DNA of 32,000 nt from Mycolicibacterium smegmatis (GTDB lineage: Bacteria > Actinomycetota > Actinomycetes > Mycobacteriales > Mycobacteriaceae): positions 300,001 through 332,000 of the forward strand of contig NZ_LN831039.1 in assembly GCF_001457595.1 (NCBI RefSeq), given 5' to 3'. The translations under genes were made by a program, and so were the position numbers. Shown here in pieces: positions 1-8,091 of the stretch. The notes under the pieces were generated by a model. It was not told the origin of the DNA and searched no databases. It saw nothing but the letters and a program-made list of their open reading frames with translations. The stretch's first letter is position 1. Each line of letters opens with the position of its first letter.

Positions 1-147
1 AGCCTGAACTGAATCGTTCCTGTGAGTGATCGGACAGACAACTGGCTCACGGCTCATATGTGACCCGCGTTAACCTCTACCCAAGGGGCAGCCGTAACCG
101 CGTTGTGACGTGGCTTGGGTTCCAGAAAACCTACGCAGGAGAATTCA

Positions 148-1974
148 ATGACCTCAGCGACCATTCCGGGTTTGGACACCGCACCGACTAAACATCAGGG
201 ACTGCTGGCGTGGGTCCAGGAGGTTGCGGAGCTGACGCAGCCGGATCGGGTGGTGTTCGCCGACGGCTCCGACGAGGAGTACGAGCGGCTGTGCGCCCAC
301 CTCGTCGAGGCCGGCACCTTCCAGAAGCTCAATCCCGAGAAGCAGCCCAATTCGTACCTCGCGCTTTCCGATCCGTCCGACGTCGCGCGTGTCGAATCCC
401 GCACCTTCATCTGCACCGAGCGTGAGATCGACGCGGGTCCGACCAACAACTGGATGGACCCGGCCGAGATGCGCGGCATCATGACCGACCTGTACCGGGG
501 CTCGATGCGCGGCCGCACGCTCTACGTGGTCCCGTTCTGCATGGGCCCGCTGGATGCCGAGGACCCCAAGCTCGGCGTCGAGATCACCGACTCGGAATAC
601 GTCGTCGTCTCGATGCGCACCATGACCCGCATGGGCCGGGCCGCGCTGGACAAGCTCGGTGACGACGGCTTCTTCGTCAAGGCCCTGCACTCGATCGGCG
701 CTCCGCTCGAGCCCGGTCAGAAAGACGTGCCATGGCCGTGCAACGACACCAAGTACATCACCCACTTCCCCGAGACCCGTGAGATCTGGAGCTTCGGCTC
801 GGGCTACGGCGGCAACGCGCTGCTGGGCAAGAAGTGCTACTCGCTGCGCATCGCGTCGGCCATGGCCCACGACGAGGGCTGGCTCGCCGAGCACATGCTG
901 ATCCTCAAGCTGATCAGCCCCGAGAACAAGGCGTACTTCATCGCCGCGGCGTTCCCGTCGGCGTGCGGCAAGACCAACCTCGCGATGCTGCAGCCCACCA
1001 TTGAAGGCTGGCGCGCCGAGACCGTCGGCGACGACATCGCGTGGATGCGCTTCGGCAAGGACGGCCGCCTGTATGCGACCAACCCCGAGTTCGGCTTCTT
1101 CGGCGTCGCGCCCGGCACCAACTGGTCGTCGAACCCCAACGCCATGAAGACCATCGCCGCGGGCAACACCGTGTTCACCAACGTCGCCAAGACCGACGAC
1201 GGTGACGTGTGGTGGGAGGGCCTCGAGGGCGACCCGCAGCACCTCATCGACTGGAAGGGCAACGACTGGACGCCGGAGTCCGGTGAGAAGGCCGCCCACC
1301 CCAACTCGCGGTACTGCACCCCGATCTCGCAGTGCCCGACGCTGGCGCCCGAGTGGGACGACCCGCAGGGTGTGCCGATCTCGGCGATCCTGTTCGGCGG
1401 CCGCCGCAAGACCACGGTCCCGCTGATCACCGAGGCCCGCGACTGGCAGCACGGCGTGTTCATCGGTGCCACCCTGGGTTCGGAGCAGACCGCCGCAGCC
1501 GAGGGCAAGGTGGGCACCGTGCGCCGCGACCCGATGGCCATGCTGCCGTTCCTGGGCTACAACGTCGGTGACTACTTCGCGCACTGGATCAACGTGGGCA
1601 AGAACGCCGACGAGTCCAAGCTGCCCAAGGTGTTCTTCGTCAACTGGTTCCGTCGCGGCGACGACGGCCGCTTCCTGTGGCCGGGCTTCGGCGAGAACAG
1701 CCGCGTGCTCAAATGGGCCGTCGAGCGCATCGAGCACAAGGCCGACGGCAAGAGCACCCCGATCGGCATCGTGCCGACCGCGGCCGACCTCGACCTCGAA
1801 GGCCTCGATGTGGACCCCGCCGACGTTGACGAGGCGCTCGCCGTCAAGCCCGAGGAGTGGCGTGCCGAGCTCCCGTTGATCGAGGAGTGGTTCGAGTTCG
1901 TCGGTGAGAAGCTGCCGACCGGCCTCAAGGACGAGTTCGACGCGCTCAAGCACCGCCTGTCCGAAGAGGGCTAA
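148..1974 (+). CDS. pckA: GTP-dependent phosphoenolpyruvate carboxykinase
   Basis: Lies in ORF 115..1974. The in-frame ATG at 148 is preceded by AGGAG (137-141). The product starts [13 protein letters not shown], as in mycobacterial PckA as I recall it. It carries the [10 protein letters not shown]-loop and conserved PEPCK blocks over its full length. Stop is TAA at 1972-1974. Confidence 0.97.
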   Translation: MTSATIPGLDTAPTKHQGLLAWVQEVAELTQPDRVVFADGSDEEYERLCAHLVEAGTFQKLNPEKQPNSYLALSDPSDVARVESRTFICTEREIDAGPTNNWMDPAEMRGIMTDLYRGSMRGRTLYVVPFCMGPLDAEDPKLGVEITDSEYVVVSMRTMTRMGRAALDKLGDDGFFVKALHSIGAPLEPGQKDVPWPCNDTKYITHFPETREIWSFGSGYGGNALLGKKCYSLRIASAMAHDEGWLAEHMLILKLISPENKAYFIAAAFPSACGKTNLAMLQPTIEGWRAETVGDDIAWMRFGKDGRLYATNPEFGFFGVAPGTNWSSNPNAMKTIAAGNTVFTNVAKTDDGDVWWEGLEGDPQHLIDWKGNDWTPESGEKAAHPNSRYCTPISQCPTLAPEWDDPQGVPISAILFGGRRKTTVPLITEARDWQHGVFIGATLGSEQTAAAEGKVGTVRRDPMAMLPFLGYNVGDYFAHWINVGKNADESKLPKVFFVNWFRRGDDGRFLWPGFGENSRVLKWAVERIEHKADGKSTPIGIVPTAADLDLEGLDVDPADVDEALAVKPEEWRAELPLIEEWFEFVGEKLPTGLKDEFDALKHRLSEEG

Positions 1975-1983
1975 CCGCTTTTT

Positions 1984-2046
1984 CGTCGAGCCTGTAGTTA
2001 CCGTGCAAAAGTGCGAGTGCCGCACACGGTAACTACAGGCTCGACG
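1984..2046 (+). terminator. Perfect 22-bp stem / 19-nt loop hairpin downstream of pckA (probable intrinsic, I-shaped terminator)
   Basis: cgtcgagcctgtagttaccgtg (1984-2005) is the exact reverse complement of cacggtaactacaggctcgacg (2025-2046). The hairpin begins 10 nt after the pckA stop. Only a weak T-run (cattt) follows it. Confidence 0.6.
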
Positions 2047-2089
2047 CATTTCCGGCGGGCTTGTCGGCCCCTGCTGTGACGATGCGGGC

Positions 2090-2992
2090 ATGCGACAGCT
2101 GATCGTCGGCAGTCAGGCCCTGGCAGAGGGCACCGTCACCGAGCACGAGCTGCGCCGTTGGTACCGCAGGATGTACCGCGACATCTACATCCCGGCGGGA
2201 TACACGCCGACGCTGATCGACCACATCGACGGCGCCTGGCTGCGGTCAGGCCGCCAGGGCATCGTCGCGGGCGTCGCGGCGTCGGCGTTGTTCGGGGCCG
2301 ACTGGGTGGACGCCGGGATCGCGGTGGAGATGGTGTGGGACAACACCCGCCCGCCGCGGGGGATCATTGCGCGCGACGAGCGCACCGAGGACGACGAGAT
2401 CACCACCGCGCAGTGCATCACTGTCACCACCCCCGCGCGCACTGCGTTCGACCTGGGACGTCACCTCCGGCGGAGCGAGGCACTGGCGCGGATGGACGCG
2501 CTGATGCGCGCGACGGCGTTCTCGCCCGACGACGTGGCCGCCCTCGCCGAGCGGTATCGCGGCGCGCGAGGGATCCGTCAACTGCGCGAGTTGCTGCCGC
2601 TCGTCGATGGCGGAGCCGAATCTCCCCGCGAGACGCGGACTCGGCTACTGCTTCTCGACGCGGGCTTTCCACGCCCGACGACGCAGATCCCGGCCGTGGA
2701 CGAGCGTGGCCGGTTGGTGCGCATGCTCGACATGGGGTGGGAAGAGTTCATGGTCGCGGCCGAGTACGACGGGGATCAACACCGCACGGAGCGCGCGCGG
2801 TACGTCAAGGACATCCGAGTGTGGCCGAAACTGCGGGAATTGGGGTGGGACGTGATCCGCGTGATCAAAGAGGACCGCGACAGTGACGTCCTGCAGCGGG
2901 TGCACCGGGCGCTGGTCGCGCGGGGCTGGGACGGAAAACTGCTGCCCCGCCTCAGATCCTTACAAGATCGACGCATTTCGCGGCCCACTTGA
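2090..2992 (+). CDS. DUF559 / Vsr-like endonuclease-fold protein with an AbiEi-like N-terminal region
   Basis: ATG at 2090, 300 aa, strong GC3 bias. The C-terminal segment (PRPTTQIPAVDERGRLVRMLDMGWEEFMVAAEYDGDQH...WDVIRV) fits the DUF559 pattern. The N-terminus (GTVTEHELRRWYRRMYRDIYIP) resembles the AbiEi-type wHTH region. Confidence 0.75.
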   Translation: MRQLIVGSQALAEGTVTEHELRRWYRRMYRDIYIPAGYTPTLIDHIDGAWLRSGRQGIVAGVAASALFGADWVDAGIAVEMVWDNTRPPRGIIARDERTEDDEITTAQCITVTTPARTAFDLGRHLRRSEALARMDALMRATAFSPDDVAALAERYRGARGIRQLRELLPLVDGGAESPRETRTRLLLLDAGFPRPTTQIPAVDERGRLVRMLDMGWEEFMVAAEYDGDQHRTERARYVKDIRVWPKLRELGWDVIRVIKEDRDSDVLQRVHRALVARGWDGKLLPRLRSLQDRRISRPT

Positions 2993-3025
2993 CACCCGTC
3001 AAGTGGCGCCGGTTACAGTCTGGTC

Positions 3026-4540
3026 ATGCAGATCCGCGAGCACGTTGGCGCGAACAAGCCCGCCATCATCCTCTACCCGTCTGGAACCGTCGTCACCTTC
3101 GATGAGCTCGAGGCGCGCGCGAACCGCCTGGCGCACCATTTCCGCAACCAGGGCCTGCAAGAGGGTGACGTCGTCGCGATCCTGATGGAGAACAACTCCC
3201 ACATCCACACGGTGATGTGGGCCGCGCGGCGCAGCGGGCTGTACTACGTCCCGATCAGCACGCACCTGACCGCTGCCGAGGCCGCGTACATCGTCGACAA
3301 CAGCGGCGCCAAGGCGATCGTGGGCTCGGCGAAGATGCGCGACGTCCTCGCGGGCCTCGGCGACGAACTCCCCAACGGTCTGCCGGACACGCTGCTCATC
3401 GCCGACGGGGATCTCGACGGCTGGCTGCGTTACCCCGAGGCCGTCGCCGATCTGCCCGACACCCCGATCGACGACGAACTCGACGGCGATCTGCTGCAGT
3501 ACTCGTCGGGCACGACGGGCCGGCCCAAGGGCATCAAACGTGAACTGCCGCATGTGCATCCGTCGGAGAACCCGGGCATGATGGCGGCGCTGATCAGCTT
3601 CTGGATGACGCCCGACTCGGTGTACCTGAGCCCCGCCCCGCTGTACCATACGGCGCCGTCGGTGTGGTCCATGCAGGTGCAGGCGGCCGGCCACACGACG
3701 GTGGTGATGGAGAAGTTCGACGCAGAAGGCTGCCTCGAAGCGATCCAGAAGCACCGCGTGACGCACGGTCAGTTCGTGCCGGCGATGTTCACCCGCATGC
3801 TGAAACTCCCTGAGTCCGTGCGCAACTCGTACGACGTGTCCAGCCTCAAGCGCGTCATGCACGCCGCCGCGCCGTGCCCGGTCGACATCAAGAAGCAGAT
3901 GATCGACTGGTGGGGCCCGATCGTCGACGAGTACTACGCGTCCTCGGAGGCCATCGGCGCGACGCTGATCACGGCCGAGGAGTGGCTGAAGCATCCCGGT
4001 TCGGTGGGCAAGCCGCTGACCGGCATCGTGCATGTCCTCGACGAGGACGGCAACGAACTGCCGCCCGGGCAGGCCGGCGAGATCTTCTTCGAGGGCGGGC
4101 AGGACTTCGAGTACCTCAACGACGCCGAGAAGACGGCATCCTCACGCGACGCGCGTGGCTGGAAGACCGTGGGCGACATCGGGTATCTCGACGAGGAGGG
4201 CTACCTCTACCTCACCGACCGCCGGCACCACATGATCATCTCGGGCGGGGTGAACATCTACCCGCAGGAAGCCGAGAACATGCTGGTCACGCACCCCAAG
4301 GTGATGGACGCCGCGGTGTTCGGTGTCCCCGACGACGAGATGGGGCAGAGCGTCAAGGGTGTGGTGCAGACGGTCGACCCGGCCGATGCCACACCGGAAT
4401 TCGGCGAGGAACTGCTTGCCTGGCTGCGGGACCGGCTCGCGCACTACAAGTGCCCGCGCTCGATCTCGTTCGAGCTGCAGCTGCCCCGCACCGACACCGG
4501 CAAGCTGTACAAGCAGGAGCTCATCGCGAAATATTCGTGA
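3026..4540 (+). CDS. Acyl-CoA synthetase / AMP-dependent ligase (FadD-like)
   Basis: 504 aa. AMP-binding signature LQYSSGTTGRPKGI, the GDIGYLDEEGYLYLTDR motif, and the C-terminal TDTGKLYK lysine motif. Confidence 0.92.
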   Translation: MQIREHVGANKPAIILYPSGTVVTFDELEARANRLAHHFRNQGLQEGDVVAILMENNSHIHTVMWAARRSGLYYVPISTHLTAAEAAYIVDNSGAKAIVGSAKMRDVLAGLGDELPNGLPDTLLIADGDLDGWLRYPEAVADLPDTPIDDELDGDLLQYSSGTTGRPKGIKRELPHVHPSENPGMMAALISFWMTPDSVYLSPAPLYHTAPSVWSMQVQAAGHTTVVMEKFDAEGCLEAIQKHRVTHGQFVPAMFTRMLKLPESVRNSYDVSSLKRVMHAAAPCPVDIKKQMIDWWGPIVDEYYASSEAIGATLITAEEWLKHPGSVGKPLTGIVHVLDEDGNELPPGQAGEIFFEGGQDFEYLNDAEKTASSRDARGWKTVGDIGYLDEEGYLYLTDRRHHMIISGGVNIYPQEAENMLVTHPKVMDAAVFGVPDDEMGQSVKGVVQTVDPADATPEFGEELLAWLRDRLAHYKCPRSISFELQLPRTDTGKLYKQELIAKYS

Positions 4541-4541
4541 T

Positions 4542-5456
4542 GTGATCGAACTGCCCGGCGGCATCCGGATCGGCCTGACCACCGACGTCGATGATGACGA
4601 CGAACTCGACGACGCGACGTTCACGTTGAGTGAGGCCGCCACCGACGACCCCAGGGTCGTCACGGTGGCCTCGATCGCCGAGACCCTCGCGCTGCTCACC
4701 GATCGGTGCGAACGCCGGCCGCAGACCGCGGCCGTGTGCGACGACGTGCTGCGTGGTTTCGACCCGGACGCCTCGACGTTCAGCGGGGTCATCACCGAAT
4801 CACTCGCGTACTCGACGCTGCAGGCCGGTGCGGAGTTCGCCCGCTGGCTCGACGAGCGCGGTCCCGCGACCGTGCCGCAGCTGCCGGACCCGGTGCAGGC
4901 CAATCGTGACGGCAACACGCTGCACGTCCGGTTCAACCGGCCGCAGCGTCACAATGCGTTCTCCACCGATGCCCGCGCCGCGCTGCTGGAGGCCCTCGAG
5001 GTGGCCCGTCTCGATTCTTCGGTCGACGAGGTCGTCCTCGGCGGCAACGGCCGGAGCTTCTGCAGCGGAGGCGATCTCGCCGAGTTCGGGTCGTTCGCCG
5101 ATCCGGCCACCGCACACCTCGCGCGGACCAGACACAGCCCGGCACTGGTGCTCGACGAGTTGACGGCCCGCCTCGGCAGGCGCTGCCGCGCACACGTGCA
5201 CGGCCAGGTGCTGGGCAGCGGCCTGGAGATGGCGTGCTTCTGCGGCCGGGTGAGCTGCGACCCGGACGCGACGCTCGGCCTGCCCGAACTGGCGCTGGGC
5301 CTGATCCCGGGGGCGGGCGGAACCGTGAGCATCACGCGCCGGATCGGCCGTTGGCGCACAGCGTATCTGGTGCTCTCGGGCCGCACGATCGATCCCATGA
5401 CGGCGCTGTCGTGGGGTCTGGTCGACGAGATCGTCAGCGTTGCCGCGCCGGCCTGA
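4542..5456 (+). CDS. Enoyl-CoA hydratase/isomerase (crotonase) family protein with an atypical ~125-aa N-terminal region
   Basis: GTG at 4542 lies in the context GTGATGTGA, 1 nt after the synthetase stop codon (TGA 4538-4540). GC3 bias is continuous from 4542. The crotonase core runs from NTLHVRFNRPQRHNAF and includes FCSGGDL and GSGLEMA. The protein ends shortly after GLVDEIV. No ATG is available before the core. Confidence 0.8.
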   Translation: MIELPGGIRIGLTTDVDDDDELDDATFTLSEAATDDPRVVTVASIAETLALLTDRCERRPQTAAVCDDVLRGFDPDASTFSGVITESLAYSTLQAGAEFARWLDERGPATVPQLPDPVQANRDGNTLHVRFNRPQRHNAFSTDARAALLEALEVARLDSSVDEVVLGGNGRSFCSGGDLAEFGSFADPATAHLARTRHSPALVLDELTARLGRRCRAHVHGQVLGSGLEMACFCGRVSCDPDATLGLPELALGLIPGAGGTVSITRRIGRWRTAYLVLSGRTIDPMTALSWGLVDEIVSVAAPA

Positions 5457-6147
5457 CGATCACCTCGTTGACGTCGACGTCCGCGGGCTCGTTGACGGCG
5501 TAGGAGACCGCGCGGGCGATCGCATCGGGCGGAATCGACTCGGCCCGGTAGATTTCCATGGCCTTCGCGGCGTCGGGATCGGTGATCGTGTGCGCCAGTT
5601 CGGATTCCACGACGCCGGGCGAAATCGTGGTGACACGGATCGAGGGGTCGAGTTCCAGTCGCAAACCTTCGGTGATCGCCCACGCGGCGTGCTTGGTGGC
5701 ACAGTAGACCGCACCGGTGGGCACCACCTGGTGCGCGCCGATCGACGCCATCGTGACGAAGTGGCCGTGCCCCTGGCGCTGGAAATGCGGTAGCGCCGCG
5801 GCGATGCCGTTGAGCAGGCCGCGGACGTTGACGTCGATCATGGTGTCCCACTCGTCGACCAGCAGTGCGTCCATCCGTGACAGCGGCATCACGCCCGCGT
5901 TGTTGACGATCGCGTCGATGCGTCCGTGCTCGCTGACCGTCTCGTCGACGAATGCGGCCATGTCGGCGCGGTCGGTCACGTCGACACGGCGGACGTGCAG
6001 GTTCTCGCGTTTCAGTGTGGCCAGCCGGTCGGCGCGCCGGGCGCCGCCGACCACCTGATGCCCTTCGCCGGCCAGGCGGACCGCGACCGCTTCACCGATT
6101 CCACTCGTCACGCCCGTGACCAGGATGATCTTCTTCTTCTCACTCAT
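5434..6147 (-). CDS. Short-chain dehydrogenase/reductase (SDR)
   Basis: This is the 3' part of the long ORF 5434..7680. The real start is the ATG at 6147, giving MSEKKKIILVTGVTSGIGEA (TGxxxGIG) and YCATKHA (YxxxK). Its 3' end overlaps the convergent crotonase gene by 23 bp. Confidence 0.9.
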   Translation of the reverse strand: MSEKKKIILVTGVTSGIGEAVAVRLAGEGHQVVGGARRADRLATLKRENLHVRRVDVTDRADMAAFVDETVSEHGRIDAIVNNAGVMPLSRMDALLVDEWDTMIDVNVRGLLNGIAAALPHFQRQGHGHFVTMASIGAHQVVPTGAVYCATKHAAWAITEGLRLELDPSIRVTTISPGVVESELAHTITDPDAAKAMEIYRAESIPPDAIARAVSYAVNEPADVDVNEVIVRPARQR

Positions 6148-6228
6148 GCATCCAGCGTCACGGCCGCGAACCTGGGCCACCAGGATGCGACGTTCCTGGG
6201 TGCGCTGCACCCCCCAAACGGCCCCGTA

Positions 6229-6252
6229 CGGTGTCGACACCGCGCCTAAAGT
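6229..6252 (+). promoter_or_regulatory. Candidate operator (14-bp perfect palindrome CGGTGTCGACACCG) plus a -10-like hexamer TAAAGT upstream of the MmyB-like regulator
   Basis: The palindrome is at 6229-6242. TAAAGT (TANNNT) is at 6247-6252. Exactly 6 nt separate the hexamer from the A of the ATG at 6259, which is the geometry of a mycobacterial leaderless transcript. Confidence 0.4.
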
Positions 6253-7074
6253 GTGAACATGACCGATCTGGGCGACTACCTGCGCAGTCGACGCGCACTG
6301 GTCACCCCGGCCGACGTCGGGCTGCCTGCTGTCGGGCACCGCCGCGTGCCCGGGTTGCGCCGCGAAGAGGTGGCGTTGCTCGCCGGCCTGAGCGTCGACT
6401 ACTACATCCGGCTCGAGCAGGGCCGGGAACGTTCCCCGTCGGCTCAGGTACTGGAGGCGCTCGCGGCGGTGTTGCGGCTCGACGAGGACGGGCGCCGGCA
6501 CCTGTTCGCGGTCGCCGGGCTGACCCCGCGGATGCGGCTCGCCCCGGTGCCCGACCGGGTGGACCCGGCGTTGATGCGGCTCATGGCGGCCTGGCCCGAC
6601 AACCCGGCTCTGGTGTACAACCGCGCCTACGACCTGCTGGCCTCCAACACGCTGGCGGATGCCCTGTACGACGGCATCCTGCACGACAACATGCTGCTGA
6701 TGGTGTTCACCGAACCGCGGGCTCGCGAGCTGTACGCCGACTGGCCGGTGATCTCCGCCGACGCGGTTGCCGGATTCCGCATGAACCACGGCATCGCCCC
6801 GCACGATCCGCGCATCGACGCGGTGCTGAAAGAACTGCTCGACCGCAGCGCGGAGTTCGGCGAGTTGTGGGCCAGGCACGACGCCCGGGGGAAGTCCGCC
6901 ACGGTCAAGAGCTTCCGGCATCCACAGGTGGGCGCCCTGACCCTGCAGATGCAGACGTTCGACGTGCGGTCCGCGCCCGGCCAGGAACTGGTGGTCTACC
7001 AGGCTGAGCCGGGTACGCCCAGCGCCGACGCGTTGAAGCTGTTGGGGAGTCTGGCTGCCACGGCAGACGCGTGA
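6253..7074 (+). CDS. XRE-family HTH regulator, MmyB-like
   Basis: 273 aa from GTG 6253, or 271 aa from ATG 6259. N-terminal LGDYLRSRRALVTPADVGL...RRVPGLRREEVALLAGLSVDYYIRLEQGR is the characteristic MmyB-type HTH. It is divergent from an SDR, which is a common pairing for this family. Confidence 0.85.
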   Translation: MNMTDLGDYLRSRRALVTPADVGLPAVGHRRVPGLRREEVALLAGLSVDYYIRLEQGRERSPSAQVLEALAAVLRLDEDGRRHLFAVAGLTPRMRLAPVPDRVDPALMRLMAAWPDNPALVYNRAYDLLASNTLADALYDGILHDNMLLMVFTEPRARELYADWPVISADAVAGFRMNHGIAPHDPRIDAVLKELLDRSAEFGELWARHDARGKSATVKSFRHPQVGALTLQMQTFDVRSAPGQELVVYQAEPGTPSADALKLLGSLAATADA

Positions 7075-7089
7075 ATAGCATGTGAAGCC

Positions 7090-8082
7090 GTGACTGCACA
7101 TGGCCAGGCCTCCGGTGGTCCCTACTTCGACGATCTCAAGGTCGGGCAGGTCTTCGACACCGCGCCGTCGATGACGCTCACCGAGGGGGCCGCGGCGGCG
7201 CACCAGGCCGTCATCGGCGACCGTTTGCGCCTGTCGCTGGACGCCGAACTCTCCTCGGCGGTCACCGGAGAGCCGGGACCGCTCGCGCATCCGGCGCTGG
7301 TGTGCGACGTGGCCATCGGGCAGAGCACGCTGGTCACGCAGCGTGTGAAGGCCAACCTGTTCTACCGCGGCCTGGCGTTCCACAGGTTCCCGGTGATCGG
7401 TGACACCCTGACCACCCGCACCGAAGTCGTCGGACTCAAGCAGAACTCGAACAAACCGGGCCGGGCGCCGACAGGTCTGGCGGCGCTGCGGATGACGACC
7501 ACCGACCACAAGGACCGCCTGGTCCTCGACTTCTACCGCTGCGCGATGCTCCCGCTGTCCGAAAATGGCGGTGACACCGGGTATTCCGATGATCTGTCCG
7601 CGATCGGTGCCGACGCGTCGCCGACGCCGACAGCGCATTGGGACGCCGACGCCTACCGTGCGCGGGTGCCGGGACCGCATCTCGACGATCTACGTGACGA
7701 ACTGGCGGGTGCGGTGTTGCGCAGCACGGCCGACGTTGTCAGCAGCGCCCCCGAACTCGCCAGGCTGACGCTGAACATCGCTGCCACGCACCATGACTGG
7801 CGTTCCGGGGGCAGGCGCCTGGTGTACGGCGGGCACACCATCGGACTAGCGCTGGCGCAGGCCACCCGGTTGCTGCCGAACCTGGTGACCGTTCTGGGCT
7901 GGGAGTCCTGCGACCACACCGGACCCGTCCACGAGGGCGACACCGTGTTCAGCGAACTACATGTCGAATCGATCGAGGCGAATGTGGTGGGCCTGCGCTC
8001 GATCGTGTTCGCCGCGGGTGGGCCCGATGGTGGGGCCGACAGGCAGGTGCTCGACTGGCGGTTCAGTGCGCTGCTGTTCTGA
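7090..8082 (+). CDS. MaoC-like (R)-specific hydratase/dehydratase, double hot-dog fold
   Basis: GTG at 7090, 330 aa. N-terminal FDDLKVGQVF is typical of MaoC family proteins. The length is consistent with two hot-dog halves. Confidence 0.82.
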   Translation: MTAHGQASGGPYFDDLKVGQVFDTAPSMTLTEGAAAAHQAVIGDRLRLSLDAELSSAVTGEPGPLAHPALVCDVAIGQSTLVTQRVKANLFYRGLAFHRFPVIGDTLTTRTEVVGLKQNSNKPGRAPTGLAALRMTTTDHKDRLVLDFYRCAMLPLSENGGDTGYSDDLSAIGADASPTPTAHWDADAYRARVPGPHLDDLRDELAGAVLRSTADVVSSAPELARLTLNIAATHHDWRSGGRRLVYGGHTIGLALAQATRLLPNLVTVLGWESCDHTGPVHEGDTVFSELHVESIEANVVGLRSIVFAAGGPDGGADRQVLDWRFSALLF

Positions 8083-8091
8083 CCGCAACCC

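Noticed and set aside
154-2091. A 645-aa ORF on the minus strand spanning all of pckA.
   Set aside because: It is antisense to an unmistakable PEPCK gene. The protein is Arg/Gly/Ala/Val-rich and low in complexity, with no recognisable motif. This is a typical shadow ORF of high-GC DNA.
2090-2992. The idea that the AbiEi-like/DUF559 gene is part of an abortive-infection or toxin-antitoxin defence system.
   Set aside because: No AbiEii-type nucleotidyltransferase or other partner gene is adjacent. It is flanked by pckA and a fatty-acid activation gene, and there are no mobile-element signatures.
2999-4033. A 344-aa minus-strand ORF, plus several 60-260-aa ORFs overlapping the acyl-CoA synthetase and crotonase genes.
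   Set aside because: They are antisense or out of frame relative to genes with clear catalytic motifs. Their composition is dominated by Arg, Gly, Asp and His.
6148-7680. The N-terminal 510 aa of the 748-aa minus-strand ORF 5434..7680.
   Set aside because: Only the last 237 codons (5434-6147) form a complete SDR, with its own ATG. The upstream part is antisense to the well-supported MmyB-like regulator and MaoC genes, and crosses an intergenic region.
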